Source of the DNA: Paramoeba atlantica
Lineage: Eukaryota > Protista > Discosea
Assembly (NCBI GenBank): GCA_977017575.1
Contig: CDRNVI010000027.1
Coordinates: forward strand, 1 to 64,000
Direction: 5' to 3'
DNA: 64,000 nucleotides
Both the position numbers and the translations under genes were made by a program. Below, piece by piece: positions 16,409 through 28,082 of the stretch. The number at the start of each line of letters is the position of its first letter. Within the stretch, counting starts at the first letter, position 1. Under the pieces are notes generated by a model, which worked only from the letters and a program-made list of their open reading frames with translations, did not search any database and had not been told where the DNA came from.

Positions 16409-16910
16409 ATAGTCAGGGCATTCGACTTTTGTCGGATGATGGGGCGTAGCGACCCCAGCTTCCCTAGCTAACTCACCCGGCGTCGCACAACAAGACGCTA
16501 CATACCTAGGGTGGGTACGATCAAGGTCCCGAGGATGACACTACCCGGTGCCAGCAAAACAAGGCACAAAATAACTAGGGTAACGGTCACCCAGACATCG
16601 CAGCGTGAGAATGACACCGCCCGGTACCGGATATAACAAGGTACTAAGAAACTAGGGCGGGTGTCATTCAGCATAATCTTTGGAGTGTTTTTTCACTTCA
16701 AAAGAAGTGTTTTTTAATAAAGAATATTTTCTTGTAGTATATAAAAGGGGTTAAAAAAAGATAAGCTGGCTGCTCGCGCTCGATCTGGTCAAATCTTCGG
16801 ATTTCACTTGCGTGCTGCGTGGCACAGCTCCTAGCAAGCGATAAGGGGGGGCTTGTTCTAGGGAGGTAACATCTCCTCGGAGATATAATGCCTATTAATC
16901 AAAATCAAAA
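16409..16910 (+). mobile_element. About 500-bp SINE-like retroposon, copy 1
   Basis: 11-bp TSD ACCGGATACGT (16398-16408 and 16911-16921); splits the RT frame IIARIR|YLFVV; ATCAAAATCAAAA tail; near-identical to 24990-25485. Confidence 0.9.
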
Positions 16911-17169
16911 ACCGGATACGTGCTATTATGGCGTTCTGATAGATCCACAATTTTTCCCGGAGGTTATGTGCGCTGTTGCCAATGTTTTCTAACCATAGTT
17001 TTAATTTTATGTCGAGTTCCTTGTATAGGGATTTGGAAGCTTGGGCCCCGGGAGCGAGTTTCATGCCCAAAAATGTACTCCCTTTATTGCAGATGTGCGG
17101 AAGAGCATTTCCGCTAACCAGGATGTTCGGTCGTCTTGTCATGTACCCTGCGTTTTGCGAATATTCGTC

Positions 17170-17779
17170 CATAGACATGGAATGTACTAACATATGTCCA
17201 TAGACATGGACTGTACATGGACTGTACATAAAGATACAGTTTCTGTACCTTGTTGGTACATTTTGCTAGCCCTTCCTTTCTTTTCCCGGAAACGGGCATA
17301 CATTTTCCCTTTTAGTGCCCGTTTCCGGCTGACGACTAGCGGGAACTGTCCCTCTTTGTCGTGGAAGTAGGGGACGTACTTCCGACTTTTCACCCCTCCC
17401 CGGCTCACTCCTTGAGTGAGTTCTCTTCCCTCCCCGGCTTTCTTCTTCTCGCACCTGTCTCTTCCCGGGAGCTATGCGCCATGGTGGCCTCCCTTGAGGA
17501 CCACTGGGCGTGACTCTGCCACGCTTTATCGCGAGGCAGCGGTCGGTTGCAGTGCGCCCCTCCGGCTGCGTAAAGAGGTGGTGAGTTGCCTGGACCACCT
17601 CTACCGACTGGGACCGAGTCGGTTGCAGTACGCCCCTCCGGCTGCGTAAAGAGAGGCGAGTTGCCTGGACCTCTCTACCGACAGAGTCCGCGTCGAACCC
17701 CCTTTGGCGGATTATGTGCCGATGATATCGGCCGTCGCATTAAGGGGATTATCTCTGCGCCAAAGAGCGCATGATAAAC
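17170..17779 (+). mobile_element. Spliced-leader-headed, structure-rich non-coding insertion in the R2-like RT
   Basis: RT frame breaks at KFSLFIM (17780) and resumes at DEYSQNAG (about 17165); contains the SL-like 28-mer at 17228-17255 and tandem structured units at 17542-17682. Confidence 0.6.
17228..17255 (+). other. Spliced-leader exon-like sequence ATAAAGATACAGTTTCTGTACCTTGTTG followed by GTAC
   Basis: Carries the CAGTTTCTGTAC core of kinetoplastid/diplonemid SL exons; 27 of 28 nt identical to the copy at 63938-63965 (minus). Confidence 0.75.
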
Positions 17780-18517
17780 AAGCTGAACTTTGCGGCGTTT
17801 AGTTTCATTCCTAGCTTCTGCAACACGGTGATCAGTGCGTTCGTCGCGATTTGCGCTTCTACTGGGTTGCGGGTAATTATGGTCAAGTCATCGGCGTAGG
17901 CCTTTTGGAATATCTTCTTTCCCCCTGGGTGCTGTATGCCGCAGGATCTGAATGCTTCGCGCATGTACCTCAGTACGATTTCCATCACTATGAGGAAAAG
18001 GGTAGGAGACAGGGTATCCACCTGCAACACACCTCTGCAGTACTGAACTGACTCTGTTAGTCCTTCCCCGTGTTTTAGTCGTACGCTCGCGTCCTTGTAC
18101 ATGTGTTGCACGTATGATATGAGAGTTCGCGATGCTTTCGACCAGCGTAGTGCCTCTAGGATAATATTGTGCGGTACCGCCCCAAAAGCGTTTTGGAGAT
18201 CGAACTGGACCATGTAATATTGTGGTTTGTTTCGTCGTTGGTGTTCAAGAAGGTCACAGAGTGACTGTGTGTGCTCGATGGTTCCTTTGATCCCTGGGAG
18301 GAATCCTTTTTGTATTTCTGGGTCGAGTACTTTGGCGTGTAGCGCATGGTTGAGGAGTCTGTGCCCTAGAATGGTGTGGAATGCCTTTCCTACTGCACTA
18401 GTCAGGCATATGGGTCGCCAGTTCCGCGTGGAACTGGTCTCCCCGCCTTTGTGAATAAGCTTAATGATACCTGCTTTCCATTGTGATTGACAAGTACCAT
18501 GTTCCATCAAGTCGTTG

Positions 18518-18698
18518 AACCCAGGGCAAAGTGGACGAGGGAGATACCAATAGTTTAGGTGCGGCAGTTTCCACAGGACAAACAGCATCTCTCCCTTTTA
18601 AGCGCTTGTCTTCATGCCATAAGGGAGATACCGTTTTTCCTTTGGAAACTGCAGCACCTAAACTATTGGTATCTCCCTCGTCCACTTTGCCCTGGGTT
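18518..18698. repeat. 181-bp inverted-repeat (MITE-like) insertion, arms about 55 bp
   Basis: AACCCAGGGCAAAGTGGACGAGGGAGATACCAATAGTTTAGGTGC and its reverse complement ending at 18698. Confidence 0.85.
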
Positions 18699-20156
18699 AC
18701 GTAGGAAAAACATGTTCCCTAGGACTCCTTACAGCTCCCCACGCGAGGAAGTCGTCGTCGCTGCGGCAAAAAGGCAGAAGGCACAGCTTTCTGCTTTTTG
18801 CCTTGTGCCTCCTCCTTCCTCCACGGTCTTGCGTAACCCACATTTCCAGTTGAAAAAAGCATACATGTATGTGGCAAATTGGGGTTTGCAAATCGCTTCC
18901 GAAGAAGGGGGTCTCGAGTGGTCCAAAAGGTGCGTTTTTCTAAAACTATCGATTTATGGTGCTGCCTTTGGTTCTTTGCGAAAAACCATTTTCCGGAAAT
19001 TTTTTTGTCGGGCCAAATTTCGGGCCAAATTTATTAATATAGGATAGCGAGCGAGTACTATCTCCCTCAATATACTGGCCATTGTTTCATGCAGTATCTC
19101 GCAGTGTTTGAAAATTCGATGCAGTATCTTGGCCGGGGGCACTCCTGCTTCGTTTGCATTTCAGCGCATTTTCGACGTCTCCTTTTGTTATTGGTTCCCA
19201 TAACATAGTCTCCTTAGGGGTCGGTCCCAGAAGGTCTGTCGGTGGCAGTTGGTAGTCTTTCGCAGGGTTTTCGTGCTCGCGATTGAAGTGTTCTAAGATA
19301 ACGCTCGTCTCGCAGGTTGGATAGGCTTGAGTTGCGTTCCCATCGGCTTTGTCTAGTACTTCGTTAGCTGCCACCCAGGGGTTACGCGTGAATCGGTCAT
19401 GGGCTCGTCTCTTATCCATTGCATTTCTTTGGTGACTCGCCTCCTCGAGGTACACCTTTTCCGCTTTCCTTGCTTCTTTAATTTGTTCTTTAGCTCATTG
19501 CGCGGTCCTTTACCATGGGTAAAACGGAGAGATCGTTTAAGTCTTTGGATACTTTTTCCCAGTTCTCCTGCAGTTTTCTCGATAGCCAGGGGACGTGATT
19601 TGGCGTTGTTCTTTTTCCGATTTGCACGGAGGAAGAAGCCGTTCGTTGGGTCGGTTGCCATCGCCGCTTCATACGTTGATACAGCTAGAGCTGAGGTAAA
19701 AATGTTTGCGTTCAATTCTGCGGTTTTAGAATTTGTTGCTGGTCGGCATGCCATTTTGAAGAAGCGTTCATTTGTCTTGGAAGTAATTTCAAGGTAATGG
19801 GTGTCACGTAGTCTCGCTGTTATCCTACCTCCGTGGATCCTATCGTGCATTTCGGAAAGGTGTTCTCTTTCTCTTTGGAGAGAGTCATCTTGATTTCCAG
19901 CGGCTTCATTCGGTTTTCGCTTGGAGCATTCTCTTGGGTCGTTGTTGTTCTCCTGCGCCGGCCCGTAGACTTTGCAGCATTTGTGCCTGCAGTTCATTTT
20001 TTCCTTGCAGGGATGCCTACATAGTCCAATTTTCTGGTCATCCCATGATGCCGGGTGGTCTTCCTGTGCTGGTGTTGTGTCCGCTCCCGTCTCTGTGCTT
20101 TGCTCCATTGTTATCGTGTGGATCATAGTTTCGTGCTTGGTTTCTCCAGATTTCCG

Positions 20157-20949
20157 ATCATTTGGTGTGATGAGAAGCTTTTTCGGTGCGGTTGCCGCGG
20201 GAGTCGAACGTTTATTGGTCGCGAAAGCGACATCGACAAGTACTCGACCCCTGGAATGGACCGTTGGGTGGGGGGGGGGAAGGGTATTATGGTGTGGATG
20301 GGGGTAAGTCTCAGGTATGGGGGGTTCATCCACATTTTCGAAGAAGATTCATCTCTGAAAGGGAATAATTTTAAGAACGCAATGACAAAGCGTGGGGGTT
20401 TTCTTTCCTTTCTTAGGCGTCATTCTGCAGCTGTTGTTGTGATGGACAACGCAACTATCCACAACACAACACGTACTTATTTTAAGGAGCGCGGGGTCAA
20501 AATGTTGGATTGCCCCCCCAAATCTCCAGACATGACGCCTATTGAGAATTTATGGTCAGTGATGGATGCCATAAAATGTAGAAAAAAACCATTAAACCGT
20601 GAATTCTTAAAAGAATCCATCACAGCTTCTTACAATGAGCTGCTTAATGAAGTCGGTTTCGTGGAACGCACTCTAAAGAGCGTGCCAAACAGAATGCGTA
20701 TTGTTATAGAGAAGGAAGGGGGGCACTGTGGGTACTAGGTTTGTCATTTCATTTTTTTGCAAATTTCTAGAAAAATTTGCAATTGACGTTTTTAAGCCAC
20801 CTGCCATTTTAAAAAAATGGAATTTATCCGGTAACCGATATATCCTCCACAGGAGGGTTGTGTGAGATCTCTCGAATGCGCTATTATTTTCCAAAATTGG
20901 CCAAGTTTTACAAATTTTAGACCCCCCCAGCATTAGCTGATCCCCCCTG
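20157..20949 (+). mobile_element. 5'-truncated DD32E Tc1/IS630 element (transposase fragment to 20738, right TIR about 20865-20949)
   Basis: IIWCDEK, VMDNATIH, PPKSPDMTPIENLW; homologous to 33156-34268; TIR matches the 32929 family. Confidence 0.85.
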
Positions 20950-20954
20950 CATAT

Positions 20955-21775
20955 AATAGAAGAAAATTTAATAGAAGAAAAATATATAAAAAGGGCTCCG
21001 GTGGTCCAAAAATTTTCAAAATAATCGGGCCATTGGGGGCTCCAGGGGGGGGGGGTCCAGGGGGGGCATACCGCATGAATTTTTTTTGAAAAAAAATATT
21101 TTTAGAAAAAAAAGCGCGGAAGGGGTTGTCGGGGTTTCGGCACGCATTTTCCACCCCCCCACCCGGGGGTGACCACCCTTCGTATGCGCAGGACGTGTCC
21201 GACATGTTCGGGTTTTTTCGGGAAAAAAAATGAAAAAAAATTCAACTTGGCGAAAAAAATGGTAAAAAAAGTATTTTTTTCGAATTCCTTTCCCCTATTG
21301 TATTTTGTTAGTGTGGGGCCTATACTAGCTTTCTACGCCTTTGTTTTCGCAAGATATCCCTTCTTGTAGCCGTGGTATGCCTCCAAATATGACCCATTTT
21401 TGACCAAAAAAGGTGAAAATGTATTTTTCGGACCCCAAGGGATCTTTTTGTGTCCAAAGAATGGTGTGATTGGAGTCGTATTCTCTACCCAATACGTCCG
21501 GGAGGCTTTGACTCATGCCTAGGAGTGATTTCCCTAACGCGAATGTCGGATTTAGTGCTCTGAGAGCAAAATATCCAAAAATCACCCCATTTTTACCCGA
21601 AAATCAGCTGTTTTTGGCTATAATCTTTCCGTTTTCTCCAGCTTTCGAAGCCGAATTTTCTTTTTTAGTCTCCTCGTTAAACGCGGTGGTAGTTTTCAAC
21701 GCGAAGCGCGCAGCATGAGTGACTTCTAAGTTGAAAACAACCACCGCGTTTAACGAAGAGACTTTAAGGGGTAAA
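20955..21775 (+). repeat. About 820-bp non-coding interspersed element; inverted diverged copy at 55095-55990
   Basis: Shared GGGCTCCGGTGGTCCAAAA, G-run GGGGGTCCAGGGGGGG tracts and a terminal hairpin CGTTAAACGCGGTGG…CCACCGCGTTTAACG. Confidence 0.85.
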
Positions 21776-21923
21776 AATATCATTATGGGGTAAAAATAGC
21801 CATGGAAGAGAAAAATGTTTAGTTGTGCTTAATTTATTCTGAGCTAATTCCAGGGTATGTAGCTAGGTGCGTAACAGTACTTAAATTATATTGTTGAGAA
21901 TTCTGTTAATCATAGAGGTTTGA

Positions 21924-22394
21924 CTAAGTTTTCATCGACTTTCCTACAATTTTCCGAACGGTATAAGTCCAGACTCGGGTCGTACTGCATACAAGGCTAA
22001 GACATGTAGATGCAAACGATAGTGCTTGAATAAGACATAATATGCCACTGCGCCAAACGATCATCGTTTCAAGCACAAAAATTGGAGCGTCACTGAACAA
22101 AAGGTGTGCCAAAATACCATATACACACCGACGAACAACCAATCCAGGTGCAGATTCGTACCGATAGGCCCACGAATAACACGCTGAGCAAACTAAAGTG
22201 AACATAAGCACACTGGAGCACGTTGCTATCAAATATAAAAGTATCACAAAGGGTCCGATACCGGGGGTATTTTTTTGGTATTGTACCCAATCAACATAGT
22301 TTACTGTACACAAGCACGAATGCAAAAAATGTAACCAAAGCATTGCTTGAACCCCCAGACGACGTTGCTTGTGATCGATCCTCATAAGAATCAC
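21924..22394 (-). CDS. Small multi-pass membrane protein (156 aa), probable host gene
   Basis: Uninterrupted ATG ORF with about four hydrophobic segments; same strand as SHMT; non-repetitive context. Confidence 0.6.
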   Translation of the reverse strand: MILMRIDHKQRRLGVQAMLWLHFLHSCLCTVNYVDWVQYQKNTPGIGPFVILLYLIATCSSVLMFTLVCSACYSWAYRYESAPGLVVRRCVYGILAHLLFSDAPIFVLETMIVWRSGILCLIQALSFASTCLSLVCSTTRVWTYTVRKIVGKSMKT

Positions 22395-23018
22395 TTTTGG
22401 CGCTGGGATACCTCAACCAGAAGATTTGTACATACAGTCTTTTCTGGATATGCTAAATACATGTACTAGTATATAGAACCTTCCGTAATACTGCATTGTA
22501 TTTATTTGGTAAAACACGTTATTCATGTAAAACTCTGTCTTCTTTTCTTAGTCCACAATCATAGCTTGTCATATCTTGAATAGGCGTCCTATACATCCAA
22601 TGTTGGTTTTCCTATCTATGAATATTCTTAAATATCTAAAAACCACGAATATACATATCAATGAGCCATTCAGAATTTCATAAACTATCTAAAATAACAT
22701 TAGAATACAGGAAGTTTTTAACTAAATAGTTTATTGATTGCAACATCAAGTAAATCAAGTTCCTACTTCAGTGTATGTACGTACGACCATAAATAATATG
22801 TCCAGAACAAATTTTCGTAAGCTCAGCATATTTTTTTCTTCTATTACTATGCCAAAATCATTCCTTTCACTATTTTATGCATGTATGCGCATTTTCATCT
22901 AGTTGAGTTTCACGGTATTCTGCACAAATTCTTGTGTATAACAAACCATATAAAGATCAGTTAATATTTTGTTGTATTACTCCATCACAAGAACATAGAA
23001 CTTTTGTAGAGATCTAGT

Positions 23019-24416
23019 TCATACCTCTGGTACATGATCACGATATTTCATCCCGTCAATACTGAAACCTGGGATTGGATACTGACCTGCAAACCCTTCC
23101 ACATCATTTCGAAGACTCTCTATCTCAGCATTCTCGGATAGCTTGGCTACAAAATCAACCAATCGTTTGCCAGCACGGAGCTGAATGTCCAACGCAATCT
23201 TCACGGCGCGTTCCATAAAGACGGCAATAAGTCTCATTTCCGCTTCTTTCATTCCTCGAGAAGTAAGCGCTGGTGTCCCAATGCGAACACCACCTGGAGA
23301 AGCAGCACTTTTATCACCCACAACAGTGTTTTTATTTATGCTGATCGATGATTTTTCTAGTATCTTCTCATATTTCGAACCTGTCAGGCCTAGTGGACGT
23401 AAATCCCAAAGTAGTAAGTGATTGTCAGTCCCACCGGTAATCAACGTATAACCTTTATCTATCAAAGCTTTGGACAGCTCCTGAGCGTTGCGAATGATTT
23501 GGCGACTGTACTCCTTAAAATCTTCTGTGGCTACCTCTTTCAACTGTACTGCAATGGCAGCGATAACATTTTGATGGGGACCGCCTTGAAGGCCAGGAAA
23601 GACTGCCATATTGATCCGCTGAGCAAAATTAGTTGAGTTACCATCGCGCCCGAGCTTACGGTAAAATATCATGCCAGCTCTTGGTCCACGAAGGGTTTTA
23701 TGAGTTGTTGTAGTCACTATGTCACAATGTGTAAAAGGAGAGCGCAGTAATCCGCTGGCCACCAGACCTGAGACATGCGCCATATCACACATTAACAGAG
23801 ATTCTGTTTTGTCCGCAATTTCCCGAAATCGTCCGTAGTCAATATCGCGTGGGTAAGCGGATCCACCGCAAATAATTACTTTTGGAAGGTATATTTCAGC
23901 AATTTTCTTCAATTCTTCGTAGTCAATGATTCCATCAGAATCAAGGGAATACGGAAGCGATTCAAAAAATATTGAGGTCGCACTGATTCGCTTTTTAGCT
24001 GTATAGTAGCCATGTGTAAGATGTCCCCCCGCAGGAAGATCCATACCCATGATACGGTCATGTGGTTGTAAAAGGCCAGTGTACACGGCGAAATTGGCCG
24101 GTGATCCAGAATAAGGTTGAACATTGACCCCCCACTCCTTCGCATCCAAATGAAATGCCTCCAACGCACGTGATTGGCACAGTCCTTCGATTTGGTCAAT
24201 AAATTGTGTTCCTCCGTAATATCTAGCTCCGATCTCCCCTTCAGCATACTTATTAGTTAGATGTGAACCTAAACATTCTAGCACTGCTGATGAAGTAAAG
24301 TTCTCGGACGCAATCATCTCCAAACCGAAGTACTGCCGCGCTTTTTCTTTTTCAAGAATGTCATAGACTGCGGAATCTTGCTCTTGTAACAGTCGATTTT
24401 GGGGTAACTTTTTCAT
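23019..24416 (-). CDS. SHMT: Serine hydroxymethyltransferase, eukaryotic type, intronless
   Basis: [15 protein letters not shown]…[26 protein letters not shown]-lysine motif [32 protein letters not shown]. Confidence 0.98.
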   Translation of the reverse strand: MKKLPQNRLLQEQDSAVYDILEKEKARQYFGLEMIASENFTSSAVLECLGSHLTNKYAEGEIGARYYGGTQFIDQIEGLCQSRALEAFHLDAKEWGVNVQPYSGSPANFAVYTGLLQPHDRIMGMDLPAGGHLTHGYYTAKKRISATSIFFESLPYSLDSDGIIDYEELKKIAEIYLPKVIICGGSAYPRDIDYGRFREIADKTESLLMCDMAHVSGLVASGLLRSPFTHCDIVTTTTHKTLRGPRAGMIFYRKLGRDGNSTNFAQRINMAVFPGLQGGPHQNVIAAIAVQLKEVATEDFKEYSRQIIRNAQELSKALIDKGYTLITGGTDNHLLLWDLRPLGLTGSKYEKILEKSSISINKNTVVGDKSAASPGGVRIGTPALTSRGMKEAEMRLIAVFMERAVKIALDIQLRAGKRLVDFVAKLSENAEIESLRNDVEGFAGQYPIPGFSIDGMKYRDHVPEV

Positions 24417-24705
24417 TAAGGCAAGAAAGATATGGGTAAAGAAGGCTTCAAAAATTCATGAAAAAATAATAATACAGCAACGTTAAAAAATATCTCACTG
24501 TTATGAAAAAATATTTTGTTGAGTGATTATCTTTGAAATGAAAGACCTGCGATTTTTCTTAACTTCAAGAAACTGATTTCAACGATGAGAAGTGACTCGT
24601 CCGATGAGGCTTCCGAGTACAGCTCTTTTGACTCTTCTTCCTCCTCCTCCTCCTCCTCCTCTTCTTCTTCTTCTTCCTCTTCTTCTCCTTTTTTCTTCTT
24701 CTTCT

Positions 24706-24737
<32 letters not shown>

Positions 24738-24868
24738 CTCTTCTGTGTGTGAGTGTGAAACAGATGAAGATTGGAGCCCCTCTGATTTTTCTGAGGATTC
24801 CTTCACGAGCGACGAGGAACCGTTTTTACTTCCCGACATACGTTACAGGCTCGAGGGGATAAAAAAAT

Positions 24869-26112
24869 CAGGGGGAGGGGGGGGGGGCGTTCGATGAGTA
24901 CTCACCGAACGGGCAGCCCGTTCGATGAGTACTCACTGAACGGGCAGCCCCTTCGGTGAGTAATTTGCAGAACCAGTCAGGGCAGAATCAGTCAGGGCAT
25001 TCGACTTTTGTCGGATGATGGGGCGTAGCGACCCCAGCTTCCCTAGCTAACTCACCCGGCGTCGCACAACAAGACGCTACATACCTAGGGTGGGTACGAT
25101 CAAGGTCCCGAGGATGACACTACCCGGTGCCAGCAAAACAAGGCACAAAATAACTAGGGTAACGGTCACCCAGACATCGCAGCGTGAGAATGACACCGCC
25201 CGGTACCGGTTATAACAAGGTACTAAGGAACTAGGGCGGGTGTCATTCAGCATAATCTTTGGAGTGTTTTTTCACTTCAAAAGAAGTGTTTTTTAATAAA
25301 GAATATTTTCTTGTAGTATATAAAAGGGGTTAAAAAAAGATAAGCTGGCTGCTCGCGCTCGATCTGGTCAAATCTTCGGATTTCACTTGCGTGCTGCGTG
25401 GCACAGCTCCTAGCAAGCGATAAGGGGGGGCTTGTTCTAGGGAGGTAACATCTCCTCGGAGATATAATGCCTATTAATCATCATCAATTTGCAGAACGAC
25501 CCGTTCGAAGAGTACTCATCGAACGGGACGCCCTGTTGCTTGAGAAAAATAATTTGCTGCAACATTTTGGGGGGAAAACGTGCATTAAACGCGCGTCATG
25601 GAATTCAATCGACTTGAGGAGGCTGTACAGAAACTGAATCTTTACGGCAGATCGCTGTATTCGTACCCCCCTTTTCAGCTCACAGTTGGGCCTTGCCTCT
25701 AGACAGGTAAACTAGGTGTCGCAGCATAGGAAAACGAGTTCACAATCCTGCGGAAGTTCCAGACATAGGTTCTCAGTGCGCGACCCGCGCGCTCCAAAAA
25801 ATATAATTATGTCCCAGGGCTACGCTCAAAGTTGGGCCTTGCTCGCAAACGGGGGCTTTTGCCTCCAGAAGTGGGCTACGCTCACAGTTGGGCTTTACCT
25901 CCATACACATAAACTAGGACGCAACTGTCGCATCTGGAAAAGCATTAAACGTTCTTTTTGTGGTTGACCGTCGATTCAATGAATTACTCACGGAACGGAC
26001 AGCCCATTCCGTGAGTCTCATCGAACGGGACATTACTCACCGAAGGGGCTGCCCGTTTAGTGAGTACTCATCGAACGGCTGCCCGTTCGGTGAGTAATCA
26101 TCGAACGCCCTG
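24869..26112. mobile_element. hAT-like non-autonomous TIR element (CAGGG…CCCTG ends, about 75-bp subterminal inverted arrays)
   Basis: Repeated CGTTCGATGAGTACTCACCGAACGGGCAGCC at left and its inverse at 26035-26107; flanking 8-mers AAAAAAAT/GCCAAAAT match only 5 of 8. Confidence 0.7.
24974..25485 (+). mobile_element. About 510-bp SINE-like retroposon, copy 2
   Basis: 12-bp TSD AATTTGCAGAAC (24962-24973 and 25486-25497); (ATC)n tail; short 5' duplication CAGTCAGGGC. Confidence 0.92.
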
Positions 26113-26289
26113 GCCAAAATCAGTTCCAGGTGAGCCAGAAGCATCACACTACTCTTCACCCTCATCACTATGGTCTTCCGAATCAACGGCGTCGTTTTAT
26201 TTAGCTACTGTAGAGCCGGAAGCGTCTGTAAGTTACGACGCTTAAGTACATGTATCGGACAATGTGATGATGGGCATATCTATTGATTA

Positions 26290-26625
26290 TAAGGTCGGGG
26301 CGTCCGATTAACACCGGACGATGGGACTTAGCGATCCCAGCCTCCCGAGCTAAGGCCGGCGCTAGCAAAACAAAGCGCTAAATAACTAGGCCCGTTCAGG
26401 GCACTGGTCGTCCCACCGGGATCGCTAGTGAACGAGTGCGTCCTCACTCAACGTCCCTTGATGAGTCCTCGGTGGTGAGATTCTGACGCCTGTACTCTTC
26501 CGGAAACGGAGAGGATGCTCAGCCCCACTTAAAAAGACACTCAGGCCGACGTAGAGGTATCTCTGTAACGGAGATTCCTGCTACGATCCCATAGCCCTAG
26601 TCGGCCAAACGGGATATCTTATCTT
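26290..26625 (+). ncRNA. Putative structured RNA/SINE-like segment carrying motifs 1, 2 and 3
   Basis: Diverged copies of three motifs found in other elements plus several perfect hairpins; ends in TATCTTATCTTATC; no clear TSD. Confidence 0.4.
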
Positions 26626-26849
26626 ATCAGGAGCTGGTGCACGGTGGGGGAAACAAGGGAGTCTTCCTCTGGGGTGAAGGGGGGCATAGAGGGGGTATGT
26701 TTATGGGCTGGTGGGTTGGGTTGGGACAGAGAGATATGGCTCCCTAGTTTCAGCCTAGGTGCGCTGTGCGGATGCCGATGCCCGAAGCATCTGTCCCGAC
26801 ATGAGAGTACCTCAACCATAGAAGGCACACATCCGACTTATCCCCCTAT

Positions 26850-27110
26850 AAGCCAATAATTACAGCTCCAGGGTAGGAGGGGTTCGCTACTCCCCAGCGT
26901 GGTTTAACAAGTTAATCCACGACCCTGCCTTAAATTTTTTGTGGATACTAGCCTAGTTTCTTGACGTCTTGTTGTGTTGACGCCGGGTAGATCCACACCA
27001 TGGGCGCGGCGGAGATCAAGGCGGGGAGCGAGGTGGGAGTGAGGCGGTTGGACAGCGGGGAGGGCAGCAGGGAGCACGGGGGGAACGGCGTCGGGGTTTC
27101 TTTTTTTTTT
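26850..27110 (-). repeat. Inverted homolog of 30750-31045 (GC-rich tract, motif 1, motif 2)
   Basis: CTACCCGGCGTCAACACAACAAGACGTCAAGAAACTAGG…GGGGAGTAGCGAACCCC on the minus strand. Confidence 0.8.
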
Positions 27111-27452
27111 CGTACATGGAGAAAATCTTTGCCACAACCGCCTCGACCGCCACCCGGTGTCCAACCGGCAGGCTTTTCTTGGTCGAGTGAGCTGGCCACC
27201 TTCCAGTGGCAAATGAATGGGTGTTTCCACCCACGCACCTCAGGGGAGGCACCCCATTACAGGGTAGTGCGAGACTTGCATACCAGAGTTTTGTTGAATC
27301 TCGGATTGCGTCAGAGACTCTGGTAGCTCACTCGCTAAAAACTCCACTGCTCCGGATTGTTAGTCCAGGAGCGCTCCTAGCGTGGAGAAACGAAGGGTCT
27401 TGCCTAGAAAAAAGGATCTAGTCCCTTCGCTTCTCCGGGAGATGGGGAGGGG

Positions 27453-27603
27453 AAAGGGGGTATTAAATAAAAGGAGGTATTAAACGAAAAGGGGGTATTA
27501 AACAAAAAGGGGGTATTAAACAAAAAGGGGGTATTAATCAAAAAGGGGGTATTAAACAAAAAGGGGGTATTAAACAAAAAGGGGGTATTAAACAAAAAGG
27601 GGG
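27453..27603. repeat. 18-bp minisatellite (AAAAAGGGGGTATTAAAC); further units at 28058-28085 and 29748-29866
   Basis: Visible tandem units. Confidence 0.93.
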
Positions 27604-28082
27604 CATTATACAGAAATTCACGTCGTCTTTTCCCTTCCCGACATAGAATCAATAAATTAAGTAAATAACACATGAAACTTGAATAAAATCAACATTCACG
27701 AAATACACTCACTCTAAATCCCTTATTCCTTCCCTCATATTCATCTTTCATACTATAGTATAATCCTTATTCCAAATTCAAGTAACTTACGAATGGGCAT
27801 TGCCCACCAACCCGCGAAATGGCTGGGGGTTGGTGGGTGGGAACGATTTTGTAACTGTTTGAAATTGAATGTCTCTATAACACAAGAAATGATATTTGAT
27901 ATAATCCGATCAAACTAGAAAATTCAATAATAACTAGATCAATTAAAACATTCTCTCCGATAATTTATTATTAAGATCATAGTAATCATACTATGTGCCC
28001 CGAAGGGCCACCACTCATCACGTATAAAGTCGTCTAAATTTCAAATCGTATACTAATAAAAAGGGGGTATTAAACAAAAAGG

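Larger units (their letters stand above)
15330..20155 (-). mobile_element. Decayed R2/NeSL/R4-superfamily (RLE) non-LTR retrotransposon, interrupted by three insertions
   Basis: N-terminal region 19353-20155; APGQD (about 19130); RT motifs WRPICL, QKGFLPG, DLQNAFG, GVLQVDTLSP, AYADD (17780-18518); CSIC…H…C plus GRYSLRYN.VL (15700-15830); ILRPDG endonuclease motif near 15600; multiple frameshifts. Confidence 0.85.
24585..26245 (+). pseudogene. Ser/Asp-rich ORF split by a TIR element; contains a (TCC)n/(TCT)n microsatellite at about 24630-24745
   Basis: Removing 24869-26112 plus an 8-bp duplication joins RLEGIKKS to VPGEPEASH…SYDA* in frame. Confidence 0.4.

Noticed and set aside
16472-16669. 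Motif 1 as a Helitron 3' end (hairpin plus CTAG)
   Set aside because: Pairing and covariation continue beyond CTAG, copies lie inside TSD-flanked retroposons, and no RepHel ORF is present.
26297-26430. Canonical HDV-like ribozyme
   Set aside because: A P2/P3/L3-like segment exists, but P1 needs a bulge and the P1.1 GG and catalytic C-R-A linker are missing; kept only as part of motif 2.
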